Shown here: one piece after another, positions 1 to 9,855 of the stretch | Layout of the letters: each line of letters opens with the position of its first letter | Position numbering within the stretch: the first letter of the stretch is position 1 | NCBI GenBank assembly: GCA_963664305.2 | Contig: CAXXLV010000002.1 | Location: forward strand, 192,001 to 256,000 | Reading direction: 5' to 3' | Length of the DNA: 64,000 nt | DNA from: an uncultured Aliarcobacter sp. | GTDB taxonomy: Bacteria > Campylobacterota > Campylobacteria > Campylobacterales > Arcobacteraceae | Translations under genes and position numbers: made by a program | The notes under the pieces: model-generated | Told to the model about the DNA's origin: nothing | Seen by the model: only the letters and a program-made list of their open reading frames with translations | Databases searched by the model: none

Positions 1-1
1 A

Positions 2-286
2 TTTTTGCCAGGTTTTGCATATTTAGCAAAAGTTGATGAAAAAATTGCATTTCCTAGACTTTCAACTCCTAGAAAATTAGTTCCAAAGGGAAGTGTTGCA
101 ATAGCAGATTTTCAAACAGCAATTTATCCACAACAAAGTCCTGGTGGTTGGAATATCATAGGGAAAACAGCTTTTGAACTTTTTGATAAAAAGTTAGAAA
201 CTTTATCTCCCTTGAGTGTAGGAGATAAAGTAAAATTTAATCCTATTTCAAAAGAAGAGTTTATAGCTCAAGGAGGAATCTTATGA
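2..286 (+). CDS. pxpB: 5-oxoprolinase subunit B (allophanate hydrolase subunit 1 family), 5'-truncated by the window edge
   Basis: Motifs FLPGFAYL, PRxxxPRxxVPKGSVAIA and IYPxxSPGGWNIIGKT; stop overlaps the ATG of the pxpC-like gene. Confidence 0.85.
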   Translation, partial: FLPGFAYLAKVDEKIAFPRLSTPRKLVPKGSVAIADFQTAIYPQQSPGGWNIIGKTAFELFDKKLETLSPLSVGDKVKFNPISKEEFIAQGGIL

Positions 287-1194
287 GTTTAGAAGTCATA
301 AATAATCCTCTTTTTGTAACTATTCAAGATAGGGGAAGATTTGGATATGCACATAGTGGAGTTACAAATTCTGGCGTGATGGATGAATATGCCTATTTTT
401 GGGCAAATAAACTTTTGAAAAACTCTTTTGATACAAATATTTTAGAAATAGCTTTTTCAAATGTGATTTTTAAAGCAAATGAAAATACTCAAATTTCTAT
501 CACGGGTGCTAGTTGTGAATTTTTTATAAATGATGAAAAAAAAGAACTTTGGCAAAGTCATAATATCAAAAAAAATGACATCATAAAAATAGGAAAAATC
601 CTAAGTGGAAATAGGGTTTATTTAGCAGTTTTTTGTGGCTTTAATATTAAAAAAGAGTTTGGTAGTAATAGTGTAACTATAAAAGAAAATCTTGGTGGAC
701 TTGATGGAAATAAGCTAAAAAAAGGTGATATTTTGCCTTTTAATAGTTGTACTTTTAACTATACTATGAAAATAAAAGAAGAGTTTATTCCAAAATATGA
801 TGAAAATCTAACTTTAAGAGTTATATTTTCTTATCAGGAGAACTACTTCTTAGATGAAGAAAAAAAGAAGTTTTTAAATTCAACTTATTTAGTAACAAAT
901 GATTTTAATAGAATGGCTGTAAAGTTAAGTGGTGAAGCAATAAAGTGTGAAATAAATGGAATTATTTCAGAAGGAATTGCATTTGGAAGTATTCAAATAC
1001 CAAGTGATGGGCAACCAATAGTTTTATTAAAAGATAGACAAACAATTGGTGGTTATCCAAAAATTGGAGTTGTTTTAGGAATAGATTGTTTTAAACTTTC
1101 TCAAGCAAAAACAAATACAAAAATTAGATTTCAAGAGATTTCTTATGAAGAGGCAGTTAAAAAAACAAAAGAGTTTTACTCTTTCGTTAATTAA
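283..1194 (+). CDS. pxpC: 5-oxoprolinase subunit C (biotin-dependent carboxyltransferase family)
   Basis: TIQDRGRFGY, GSIQIPSDGQPIVLLKDRQTIGGYPKIG; GGAGG RBS. Confidence 0.85.
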   Translation: MSLEVINNPLFVTIQDRGRFGYAHSGVTNSGVMDEYAYFWANKLLKNSFDTNILEIAFSNVIFKANENTQISITGASCEFFINDEKKELWQSHNIKKNDIIKIGKILSGNRVYLAVFCGFNIKKEFGSNSVTIKENLGGLDGNKLKKGDILPFNSCTFNYTMKIKEEFIPKYDENLTLRVIFSYQENYFLDEEKKKFLNSTYLVTNDFNRMAVKLSGEAIKCEINGIISEGIAFGSIQIPSDGQPIVLLKDRQTIGGYPKIGVVLGIDCFKLSQAKTNTKIRFQEISYEEAVKKTKEFYSFVN

Positions 1195-1972
1195 GTAATT
1201 TATCAAATACTACTTTTGATTTATCTTTTACTTTAAAAGGTTCAGTTTTGAATTTATAACTTGCTTTTATATATAAGCCTGAATGACTTTTAAGAGTTGT
1301 ATTTAAAAGCATTTGTTCAAGATTTAACAAAAAGTTTTTTATTTGATTTTTGTCTTTTTCTAAAACAAAAATAAAAAATTTATTATGAAAATATCTTGCA
1401 ATATGGAAGTTATAATGCTCATCTTTTAATTTTTGAGAAATAAAATTTATTATAAAAATTAAAAGATTTTTTGCTAATAATTCTCCATACTCTTTTTGAA
1501 TATAATTAAAATCTTCAATATCCACTAAAGTACAAACACCTTCATCTTTAAAATCTGTATTTTCATCTAAAAATTTATTGTAAATCCATTTTTTATTGTA
1601 AGATTTTGTAAGATCATCTATGAATAATTCATCATTTAAAAGTTGAATTTCATTTTCAAGAGTAATCATTCTTTTATGAATATCTGTTAATGCACCACTA
1701 TCATTATTTAGTATTGCATTTGAAGCATTTTGTGTCTCTTGTTTTAATTCATTAACACTAGAGATTATAAGACTCATATATTTTTCAATATTTTTATAAT
1801 CATCAACTAATATTTGTTCAACTTCTTTTTGAAATTCTTCATCATCTAAATTTATTTCTACTTTTTTTGCATGATAATTAAATTTTTCAAAATACAAAGA
1901 TGGAAGAATAATTTCTTTGTTTAATAATTCATTTATAGTTAAATTTGTTATCTGCTCAAGTTCTTTTTTCAT
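1187..1972 (-). CDS. Coiled-coil plus degenerate GGDEF domain protein
   Basis: DDLTKSYNK and DIEDFNYIQKEYG match the GGDEF N-terminal signature; active-site loop reads RYFHNKF. Confidence 0.7.
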   Translation of the reverse strand: MKKELEQITNLTINELLNKEIILPSLYFEKFNYHAKKVEINLDDEEFQKEVEQILVDDYKNIEKYMSLIISSVNELKQETQNASNAILNNDSGALTDIHKRMITLENEIQLLNDELFIDDLTKSYNKKWIYNKFLDENTDFKDEGVCTLVDIEDFNYIQKEYGELLAKNLLIFIINFISQKLKDEHYNFHIARYFHNKFFIFVLEKDKNQIKNFLLNLEQMLLNTTLKSHSGLYIKASYKFKTEPFKVKDKSKVVFDKLLN

Positions 1973-3191
1973 TTATAACTCCTAAAAGTTCTTCTATACT
2001 AATTGGTTTTCCTATATGATAACCTTGAGAAAAATCTATATCAATATTTTTTACATAACGCAAAGTTTTTAAATCACTAACAAACTCTGCAACAATTTTT
2101 ATGTTCTGTTGTTTTGAAAATAAAACAATACTTTTTATCAGATTTAAATAAATTGCTTCATCTATTTTTTTTATTAAAGAGCCATCAATTTTTATATAAT
2201 CAATATCTAAATTTAAAATATTTTCATAGTTTGAAAAACCTGTACCAAAATCGTCTATTGCAATTTTTGCACCATAAGTTCTAACTTCTTTTATAAAATC
2301 ATTTACAAGATTGAAGTTTGATACTTTTTCACTCTCTAAAACTTCAAACGTAATATATGAACCAACATTTTTTGTTTTGATTTTAGAGATAATTGTTTTT
2401 TTAATTTGTGGATTTAAAATATCTGTATAGTCTAAATTTATACTCACATGAATTTTGTATTTTTGGATGTAAATAATCAATTTATCAAAAAGTATTTCCA
2501 TTAGTTTTTGATAAAGTCTTGATTTTTTTGCCTTATGAATAAAAACATTTGGCATTAACATATTTCCATCTTTATCAAAAATTCTCATTAAGGCTTCATA
2601 TTTAACTATTTCATCAGTTTGATTATCCATGATAGGTTGAAAATATGGTTCAACTAAATTGTTATTTATATTATGATTTAAAATATCTAATAAATCTTTA
2701 TTTATAAACTCATTTTTATATAAAAATGAATCAAAATACATATAGTGTAAATAGTTTAATTTTGCTTCATGTAAAGCTTTTTCAGCATATGATTTAATTT
2801 GTTTATCAGAACTTTTTGAACAACCAATAGTTACATCAATATTTATTAATAGATTTTTGTCTAAAAGTTTAAAGTTTTTTGATACAACATTTTCATAAAT
2901 CAGATTTTTTATTGAGATAATCTCTTCTATTGATAAATCATCAAATAACATAATCTCAAAAACATCTGCATGAGTGTTTTTAATTTTTATATAAATATCT
3001 CTATTTAGAGTTTTTTTAATTAAATTTTTTGTTTTATTATTTAAAATCCAATGAAGTTGTTTTATAATGAAATCACCATTATCAAAATTGTAAATGGCAT
3101 TTAAATCTTTCATATAAAGTATATCAACTAAAAATAGAGTTTTAATTTTTGAACTTCTAAAAAAAGAATTTATAATATTTCTAATTATCAA
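1956..3191 (-). CDS. Degenerate GGDEF plus EAL c-di-GMP phosphodiesterase
   Basis: PYFQPI, YEALMR, FEVLE, DDFGTGFSN, KIDGS, AEFV, QGY. Confidence 0.85.
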   Translation of the reverse strand: MIIRNIINSFFRSSKIKTLFLVDILYMKDLNAIYNFDNGDFIIKQLHWILNNKTKNLIKKTLNRDIYIKIKNTHADVFEIMLFDDLSIEEIISIKNLIYENVVSKNFKLLDKNLLINIDVTIGCSKSSDKQIKSYAEKALHEAKLNYLHYMYFDSFLYKNEFINKDLLDILNHNINNNLVEPYFQPIMDNQTDEIVKYEALMRIFDKDGNMLMPNVFIHKAKKSRLYQKLMEILFDKLIIYIQKYKIHVSINLDYTDILNPQIKKTIISKIKTKNVGSYITFEVLESEKVSNFNLVNDFIKEVRTYGAKIAIDDFGTGFSNYENILNLDIDYIKIDGSLIKKIDEAIYLNLIKSIVLFSKQQNIKIVAEFVSDLKTLRYVKNIDIDFSQGYHIGKPISIEELLGVINEKRT

Positions 3192-3360
3192 TTAGCTCCC
3201 CATTTTCGGTTAATCAAAGTCATTCATTATATATCAACTAACTTTAAGAAATATAAAAAAGATATTTAATTTCTATACAATTTTTGTAATAATATTGTAA
3301 CTTTAGATTTAATAACTTTACGATAGAATCCAATAAATTTTATTATTGGAAAATTAAAAA

Positions 3361-3993
3361 ATGAAAAAAATAAACATTAAAGATTTAGAACTGAATATTG
3401 ATATAACTCAAATTTTAAATTTATTAGCTTCAAAATCTAAAATTATTATTGATGTTGATGGAAATATATATACAAATGATGAAGAGACAAAAAAGAAAGC
3501 TGTAGTATTTAAAAATGAAAATTCTTTAGATATATCTACTATTTTAGATGTTAAAGTAATTGCTTCAAATTTTTTTGCTGATTATAAACCAACAATTTTA
3601 GGTACATCATGCAAAATAAAACCTGTTGTAAATTGGCAAAATATTATAGATATGAATAAAGAAAATATGCTTTATTTTGACCATCAAAGTGATGGAGTTG
3701 AAATTTTTGAAGATAAAACTTTAGAAAATTATGGTTGGTTTGCAAATAGTTTAGAGATAAATTATAGAGAGTTAAGTGAGCATATAGAAGAGGTTTGTGA
3801 GGGAGTTTTACTTTGTTATGACAACGAAGTTCAATTTAGTGGTTTTGTAATTGTTGATGACTTAGAAGAAGTTAGAACAAAAGTAAAAGAGTTTATTATA
3901 GAAAAAGCAAAAAAGAATATCGAAGATGAAATCCTAGATATCGAAGATGATGATGTGATAGAGGCTTTAGAATTTTTTGGAATTAGGATTTAA
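3361..3993 (+). CDS. Hypothetical acidic protein
   Basis: 210 aa open frame with typical codon usage; no recognised motif. Confidence 0.6.
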   Translation: MKKINIKDLELNIDITQILNLLASKSKIIIDVDGNIYTNDEETKKKAVVFKNENSLDISTILDVKVIASNFFADYKPTILGTSCKIKPVVNWQNIIDMNKENMLYFDHQSDGVEIFEDKTLENYGWFANSLEINYRELSEHIEEVCEGVLLCYDNEVQFSGFVIVDDLEEVRTKVKEFIIEKAKKNIEDEILDIEDDDVIEALEFFGIRI

Positions 3994-3997
3994 TTAA

Positions 3998-4534
3998 ATG
4001 GAACAGTTTATTCAAGATTGGGGTTATATAGCTCTATTTTTATACTCTTTTGGTGGAGGTTATGTAGGACTTATTTTTGCAGGAGTTTTATCTTATAGTG
4101 GAGATTTAAACATTTATGTATCTATTTTAGTTGCTGGATTTTCAAACTTTTTAGGTGACCAATTTTTATTTTTTTTAGCTAGAAAAAATAAAAACTATGC
4201 AAAAGATATGATGAAAAAATATGGAAGAAAAATTGCACTTGCTCATATAATGATGAGAAAATATGGCTCTTTTGTTGTTTTTGTTCAAAAATATATTTAT
4301 GGAATTAAAACTTTAATTCCCCTAGCAATGGGATTAACAAAATATTCTGCAACTAAATTTTCAATTTTAAATGTATTTGCAACAGCTTTATGGGCTTGTA
4401 TAGTTGGATATTTAAGTTTTACAGCTGGAGAATATATACTTAGTTTAGGTGATGATTTTAAATACGTTGGTTTAGGAATTATTTTAGTTATAGTTTTATT
4501 CACATCTTATATTTTTAAAAAAATCGAGAAATAA
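3998..4534 (+). CDS. DedA family membrane protein
   Basis: WGYIALF, LGDQFLFFLAR, KYIYGIKTLIPLAMG; hydrophobic segments. Confidence 0.85.
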   Translation: MEQFIQDWGYIALFLYSFGGGYVGLIFAGVLSYSGDLNIYVSILVAGFSNFLGDQFLFFLARKNKNYAKDMMKKYGRKIALAHIMMRKYGSFVVFVQKYIYGIKTLIPLAMGLTKYSATKFSILNVFATALWACIVGYLSFTAGEYILSLGDDFKYVGLGIILVIVLFTSYIFKKIEK

Positions 4535-4538
4535 TATT

Positions 4539-5906
4539 ATGGAAAAATTTTCAAATCTTAATTTATCAAAAGAGTTTTTAAAAAATTTAGATTCTTTATC
4601 ATACTCAAAAATGACTCCAATTCAAGAAAAAAGTTTGCCTTTAAGTTTAGAAAACAAAGATTTAATTGCTCAAGCAAAAACTGGTTCTGGAAAAACTGTA
4701 GCTTTTTCTATTCCAATTGTTAATAAACTAAATGTAAAAGATTTTAAAATTCAATCTTTGATTTTAGCACCAACAAGAGAGTTAGCAAATCAAATTGCAG
4801 AAAACTTACGAAAACTTTCTCGTCATATTCATAATGTAAAAGTTTTAACATTATGTGGAGGAGTTCCTTTTAAACCACAAGTTGTATCTTTGTCTCATGG
4901 AGCTCATATAATTGTAGGAACACCAGGACGTGTTTTAAAACATATAAAAGAAGAAAATATTGTTTTAGAAAATATCAACACTTTAGTTTTAGATGAAGCT
5001 GACAAAATGCTTGATATGGGATTTTATGATGATATTATGGAAATAATTGAAACTCTGCCAAAAGAGAGACAAACTCTTCTTTTTTCAGCAACTTATGAAA
5101 AAAATATCGAAAATTTAGCATCAAATATTTTGAAAAATCCATCTCTTGTTAAAATAGAAGATGAAGAAAAAACAGTAATAAATCAAATTTTTTATGAAGT
5201 TGGTGAAGAAGATAAAGCTTCGATTATTCCAGCACTAATTTCTTCAAATAAAGCAAAATCAATTTTGATTTTTTGTAATATGAAAATAACTTGTGATAAA
5301 TTATCAGATGATTTATATGATATGGGATTAGATGTTTTAACTTTACATTCTGATTTAGAACAAAAACAAAGAGATGAAACGATAGTTTTATTCTCTAATA
5401 AATCTTATCCTATTTTAATAGCAACCGATGTTGCTTCAAGAGGACTTCATATAGACGATGTTGATTTAGTAATAAATTATGATTTATCTTTAGATGAAAA
5501 AATACATACTCATAGAATTGGAAGAACTGCAAGGGCTGGAAAAGGTGGTTTAGCTATATCTTTATATACAACAAATGAGTTAGATAAAGTTGAATTAATA
5601 AAAGACTCTTTTAGTGATATAAAAGAAGAAAATATTGGAAATATTGAAGATAATTTAACTTATAAAATAGATTCAGATTTAAGAACAATTTTTATAAATG
5701 GTGGAAAAAAACAAAAACTTAGAGCTGGTGATATTTTAGGTGCTTTAACTGCTGGAATAGGTTTAGAAAAAAATGAAATAGGAAAAATAGATATTTTAGA
5801 TTTTTGTTCTTATGTAGCAATAAATAAAGAAAAAATTGATTTTGTTTTGGAAAAATTGTCAAAATCAAAAATAAAAGGAAAATATTATCGTATTTATGAA
5901 AAATAG
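4539..5906 (+). CDS. dbpA: ATP-dependent DEAD-box RNA helicase DbpA
   Basis: AKTGSGKT, PTRELA, DEAD, SAT, HRIGRTARAG; C-terminal GGKKQKLRAGDILGALT RNA-binding domain. Confidence 0.92.
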   Translation: MEKFSNLNLSKEFLKNLDSLSYSKMTPIQEKSLPLSLENKDLIAQAKTGSGKTVAFSIPIVNKLNVKDFKIQSLILAPTRELANQIAENLRKLSRHIHNVKVLTLCGGVPFKPQVVSLSHGAHIIVGTPGRVLKHIKEENIVLENINTLVLDEADKMLDMGFYDDIMEIIETLPKERQTLLFSATYEKNIENLASNILKNPSLVKIEDEEKTVINQIFYEVGEEDKASIIPALISSNKAKSILIFCNMKITCDKLSDDLYDMGLDVLTLHSDLEQKQRDETIVLFSNKSYPILIATDVASRGLHIDDVDLVINYDLSLDEKIHTHRIGRTARAGKGGLAISLYTTNELDKVELIKDSFSDIKEENIGNIEDNLTYKIDSDLRTIFINGGKKQKLRAGDILGALTAGIGLEKNEIGKIDILDFCSYVAINKEKIDFVLEKLSKSKIKGKYYRIYEK

Positions 5907-5997
5907 ATAAAATTCGTCTTAAATAGTTAAACTTTTTTAAGTTAGAATGGATAAAATATTAAGGCATATATAGATATTAAAAAGCGAAGGAAAAATA

Positions 5998-8400
5998 TTG
6001 TTTAAAAATACTTTATTTTTAAAGATAATATTGATTTTTACACTTCCTGCCTTAGGAATTTTATATTTTAGTTCGATTTTGGTTTATGAAAAAGTTGAAT
6101 TAGTTAAAGAAGTTGATGATACTTATAAAAATTTAACATATTTAAAATCAGTAGAAAATGCTGTTTCAAATCTTCAAAAAGAAAGAGATTTAGCAATTAG
6201 ATATTATTTATTGAAAGTTGAAACTCCAGTATTTAATGAACAACAACTAAAAACAAATGAAGCTTTTAAAAATTTAAAAGAAATTTTGCTCAATTTAGAA
6301 TTGAATGAAAAATTTAGCCAATATAAATTAGATATAAATAAACTAGATGTATTTAGAAATAAGATAGAAAATTTATCAATTTCTTTAGATGAAATCTTTG
6401 TTACATACAATGAGTTTAATCAGATTTTATTAAATTCATTAAAGCTTATGAAACCAGTAAAATTTGCAATTGATTTTAATACTGATTTGCTAAATATTTC
6501 TCATTTTTTAAACTTTAAAGAAGCAAGTAGTATTGAAAAAACACTTGTAAAAATATATATAGTTGATAAAAGACTTGATGATAAGTTATTTGATATTTTT
6601 CTAAAAAATTATTCTATTCAAGATATTAATAAAAACTATTTTTTTAATAATGCAAGTTTAGACTTAGTACAAAAATTTAGTGGGAAATTCAATGAAGATT
6701 ATTCAACTAAGATTTTTCTTTTAAGAAAAGATATTAAAGATAGAGTAATAAATAATTCAACTTTAAAATTTGAAGAATGGGAAACAATTTCAAATGCTAA
6801 TTTAGATTATTTAAGTGAGATTTACAATAATTTAATTTATTCAATGGAAAAAATTGCAATAAAATATGAAGATGAAATAGTTGTAGATAGAAATAAAAGT
6901 TTAATCTTCTTATTTGTTTGTTTCTCAACACTAATTTCTTTACTTTTTGTTTTAAAAAATATTATCTTTAATGAACAAAAGAGTTTCTTTAAAGTTCAAA
7001 AACATAAAGAAATTTATGAGCTTTTAAATCAAGCAAATAAATTTTTATTAAAAACATTTAATAAAAAAACATTGTATGCAAACATTTGTGAATTATTATC
7101 TGAAAATGATAGTTTAGAATTTTGTTTTATTTATGATGCAAAAGATAAAAAAATTATTGCAAAAGATGGAGCTTTAAAAGATAAAGTTATTACTCAGATT
7201 GATAAATATGATGATAAATCTCAAGATAATATAGTTTCTAAAACTATGAAATGGGAAACAAATATAATCATCAATAATTTCAAAGAGAGAAATATTTCAG
7301 TTTTTTATAATGAAGCAGATAAATTACATATAAATTCAATGGCAACTTTTCCAATAAAGAAGTTTAATGAAATAGTTGGAACTTTGATTTTATATTCAAA
7401 TGAATTAAATTTCTTTGATCAAGAAGTTGAAATCTTATTTGATAAATTGGTAAATGATGTTACACATTGTTTAGAAAAAATTGAATATGAAGAGATAAGA
7501 TTAAAACAAGAAGATGAGTTAAGATTATCTTCTTACGCTTTTGAATCAAGTGAGCCAATGATAATAACAAATAGTGTAGGTGAAATTGTAAAAGTTAACC
7601 AAGCTTTTTGTACAGCTATGGGATATGCAAGAGATGAAATCTTAGGTAAAAATCCAAGAATTTTTAAATCAGGGCATCAAGATAGTAAATTTGGTGATGA
7701 ATTATGGAATAGTCTAAAAGTTCAAGGTTTTTGGAGTGGTGAAGTTTATAATAAAAAAGCAAATGATGAAATCATTCCTTTAAGAAGTACAATAACTGCT
7801 ATCAAAGATAAAGATGGAAAAATTACACATTTCTTAGGGCAATATTTTGATATTGGTGAGCAAAAAGATAAAGAAAAAGTTCTTGAGTATCAAGCAACAC
7901 ATGATAATCTAACAGGATTACCAAATAGATTATTATTACTTGATAGAATAGAACATGCTATTACAAAAGTTGTAAGACACAAAATAGTTGGTGGTTTAAT
8001 CTTTATTGATTTAGATAATTTTAAAGAAGTAAATGACACTTTAGGACATGATATTGGTGATGCTTTACTTATTATGGTTGCTAAAAAAATAAGAGAAGTA
8101 ATAAGAGAAGAAGATACAATAGCAAGAATTGGTGGAGATGAGTTTATTGTTTTACTTGATAACATAGGAAATAATAAAATAGATGCAAAAAGAAATATCG
8201 CAAATCTTGCAGAAAAAATTAAAAATATTTTAAATGAAATAACTCATATTGAAGGTCATATAAATGTTTCAACTCCAAGTATTGGAATTACACTATTTAG
8301 TGATTCAAGTGTTAGTGTTAAAGATATTATCAAACAAGCTGATACAGCTATGTATGTGGCAAAAAAACAAGGAAAAAATGCAATAGAATTTTTTGATTAA
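5998..8400 (+). CDS. Membrane diguanylate cyclase (NIT-like periplasmic sensor, GAF, PAS, GGDEF)
   Basis: TM-LQKERD...TM; PAS GKNPRIFKSG; HDNLTGLPNR, DLDNFKEVNDTLGH, RIGGDEF; TTG start after AAGGA. Confidence 0.85.
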   Translation: MFKNTLFLKIILIFTLPALGILYFSSILVYEKVELVKEVDDTYKNLTYLKSVENAVSNLQKERDLAIRYYLLKVETPVFNEQQLKTNEAFKNLKEILLNLELNEKFSQYKLDINKLDVFRNKIENLSISLDEIFVTYNEFNQILLNSLKLMKPVKFAIDFNTDLLNISHFLNFKEASSIEKTLVKIYIVDKRLDDKLFDIFLKNYSIQDINKNYFFNNASLDLVQKFSGKFNEDYSTKIFLLRKDIKDRVINNSTLKFEEWETISNANLDYLSEIYNNLIYSMEKIAIKYEDEIVVDRNKSLIFLFVCFSTLISLLFVLKNIIFNEQKSFFKVQKHKEIYELLNQANKFLLKTFNKKTLYANICELLSENDSLEFCFIYDAKDKKIIAKDGALKDKVITQIDKYDDKSQDNIVSKTMKWETNIIINNFKERNISVFYNEADKLHINSMATFPIKKFNEIVGTLILYSNELNFFDQEVEILFDKLVNDVTHCLEKIEYEEIRLKQEDELRLSSYAFESSEPMIITNSVGEIVKVNQAFCTAMGYARDEILGKNPRIFKSGHQDSKFGDELWNSLKVQGFWSGEVYNKKANDEIIPLRSTITAIKDKDGKITHFLGQYFDIGEQKDKEKVLEYQATHDNLTGLPNRLLLLDRIEHAITKVVRHKIVGGLIFIDLDNFKEVNDTLGHDIGDALLIMVAKKIREVIREEDTIARIGGDEFIVLLDNIGNNKIDAKRNIANLAEKIKNILNEITHIEGHINVSTPSIGITLFSDSSVSVKDIIKQADTAMYVAKKQGKNAIEFFD

Positions 8401-8437
8401 AATATCAAAAATTTAATTTATATTAAAAGGAGAAATT

Positions 8438-8719
8438 ATGAAAAGTGCAACAGCAAGACATTTATTAGTTGATAGTGAAGAACTATGTTTACAATTAAAA
8501 GAAAGAATAGCAAAAGGTGAGAAATTTGAAGATTTAGCAAAAGAATATTCATCTTGTCCATCAGGTTCTAGAGGTGGAGATTTAGGTACTTTCTTTCAAG
8601 GTCAAATGGTTCCTGAATTTGATAAAGTTGTATTTAATGAAGCAATAAATGTAGTTCATGGTCCAGTTAAAACTGACTTTGGTTACCATTTGTTAGAAAC
8701 AACTTCAAGAAGAGATTAA
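8438..8719 (+). CDS. ppiC: Parvulin-type peptidyl-prolyl isomerase
   Basis: ARHLLV, SSCPSGSRGGDLG, GQMVPEFD, KTDFGYHLL. Confidence 0.92.
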   Translation: MKSATARHLLVDSEELCLQLKERIAKGEKFEDLAKEYSSCPSGSRGGDLGTFFQGQMVPEFDKVVFNEAINVVHGPVKTDFGYHLLETTSRRD

Positions 8720-9088
8720 AAACTCTTCTTCCTCTTTTTTTGAAACTTCTTCATCCCATAAAATAGATATTCCATACTCTTTATCAGTTATTACATATTT
8801 AAAATATTCGCCTGTTCCTCGTCTTCCATGAAGTCTTACAATTACTTGTTCTTCTTCTAATAATTTTTTCATTTCATATTTTGAAAAACTTCTTTTGTTC
8901 CATTTTAAAAAGACATTTGAATAGACTCTAAAAGTACATGTTGAATCAGAAGAAAACACAAATTGTGAACTATCATCATGTTCTTTTTTTGCATTCTCAC
9001 AAGTATAAAGATTTACTTTTTTTCCAAGTGCTACAGTTTTTATTGCTATTACATTTCCCGAACAATATGGACATTTTCCAAGTACCAA
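8705..9088 (-). CDS. Stand-alone zinc-ribbon protein resembling the topoisomerase C-terminal repeat
   Basis: LGKCPYCSGNV...YTCEN...CTFRVY...KKLL; AGGAG plus TTG start. Confidence 0.55.
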   Translation of the reverse strand: MVLGKCPYCSGNVIAIKTVALGKKVNLYTCENAKKEHDDSSQFVFSSDSTCTFRVYSNVFLKWNKRSFSKYEMKKLLEEEQVIVRLHGRRGTGEYFKYVITDKEYGISILWDEEVSKKEEEEFLISS

Positions 9089-9165
9089 TTTTAAACTCCT
9101 AATTTTTCTAAAAGAATTTTACAAAAATTTTCAAAAGAGTTTAAAAAATATAACAATTTGAAAGA

Positions 9166-9804
9166 TTAAGGTGCAAGTCTAGAGATAGTCCAAGTGCCAT
9201 CTTGTTGTAATTCATATAAAAATCTATCATGAAGTCTATCTTGTCCACCTTGCCAAAACTCTATTTTTGTGGGTTTGATGATATATCCACCCCAAAAATC
9301 AGGAAAAGGAACTTCACCTTTTACAAACTTTCTTTTGATTTCATCAAACTTTTGTTCAAGCAGACTTCTTGAACTAATAACTTGACTTTGGTGAGATACC
9401 CAAGCTCCAATTTGGCTTCCTTTTGGACGAGAAAGAAAATATTTTAAAGATTCAGTTGTTGAGATTTTTTCAATATTTCCTTCGATTTTTACTTGACGTT
9501 CTAAGTCAAGCCAAGGAAAAAGTGCAGCAGCTTTTGGATTTTCTTCTATTTGTTTTGCTTTTTTACTTTTATAATTTGTAAAAAAAACAAAACCTTTTTC
9601 ATCAAATATTTTTAATAAAACTGTTCTGATACTTGGCATCATATCAGCTCCAACAGTTGCTAGAGAAAAAGCATTTGGTTCAGTTAGCTCTGCTTGCATT
9701 GCTTGATTGAACCAAAGCTCAAATTGTAAAAAAGGATTCGGGTTTAAATCTTTTATATCTAAACCTCTTGTTGTGTATTTTGCTCTAAGAGTTGTTAAAT
9801 CCAA
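9166..9804 (-). CDS. pdxH: Pyridoxamine 5'-phosphate oxidase
   Basis: [50 protein letters not shown]. Confidence 0.95.
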   Translation of the reverse strand: MDLTTLRAKYTTRGLDIKDLNPNPFLQFELWFNQAMQAELTEPNAFSLATVGADMMPSIRTVLLKIFDEKGFVFFTNYKSKKAKQIEENPKAAALFPWLDLERQVKIEGNIEKISTTESLKYFLSRPKGSQIGAWVSHQSQVISSRSLLEQKFDEIKRKFVKGEVPFPDFWGGYIIKPTKIEFWQGGQDRLHDRFLYELQQDGTWTISRLAP

Positions 9805-9855
9805 GATTTATCCTTTTAAGTGATATTTTTAATTTTATCAAAATCTCTATTTATT

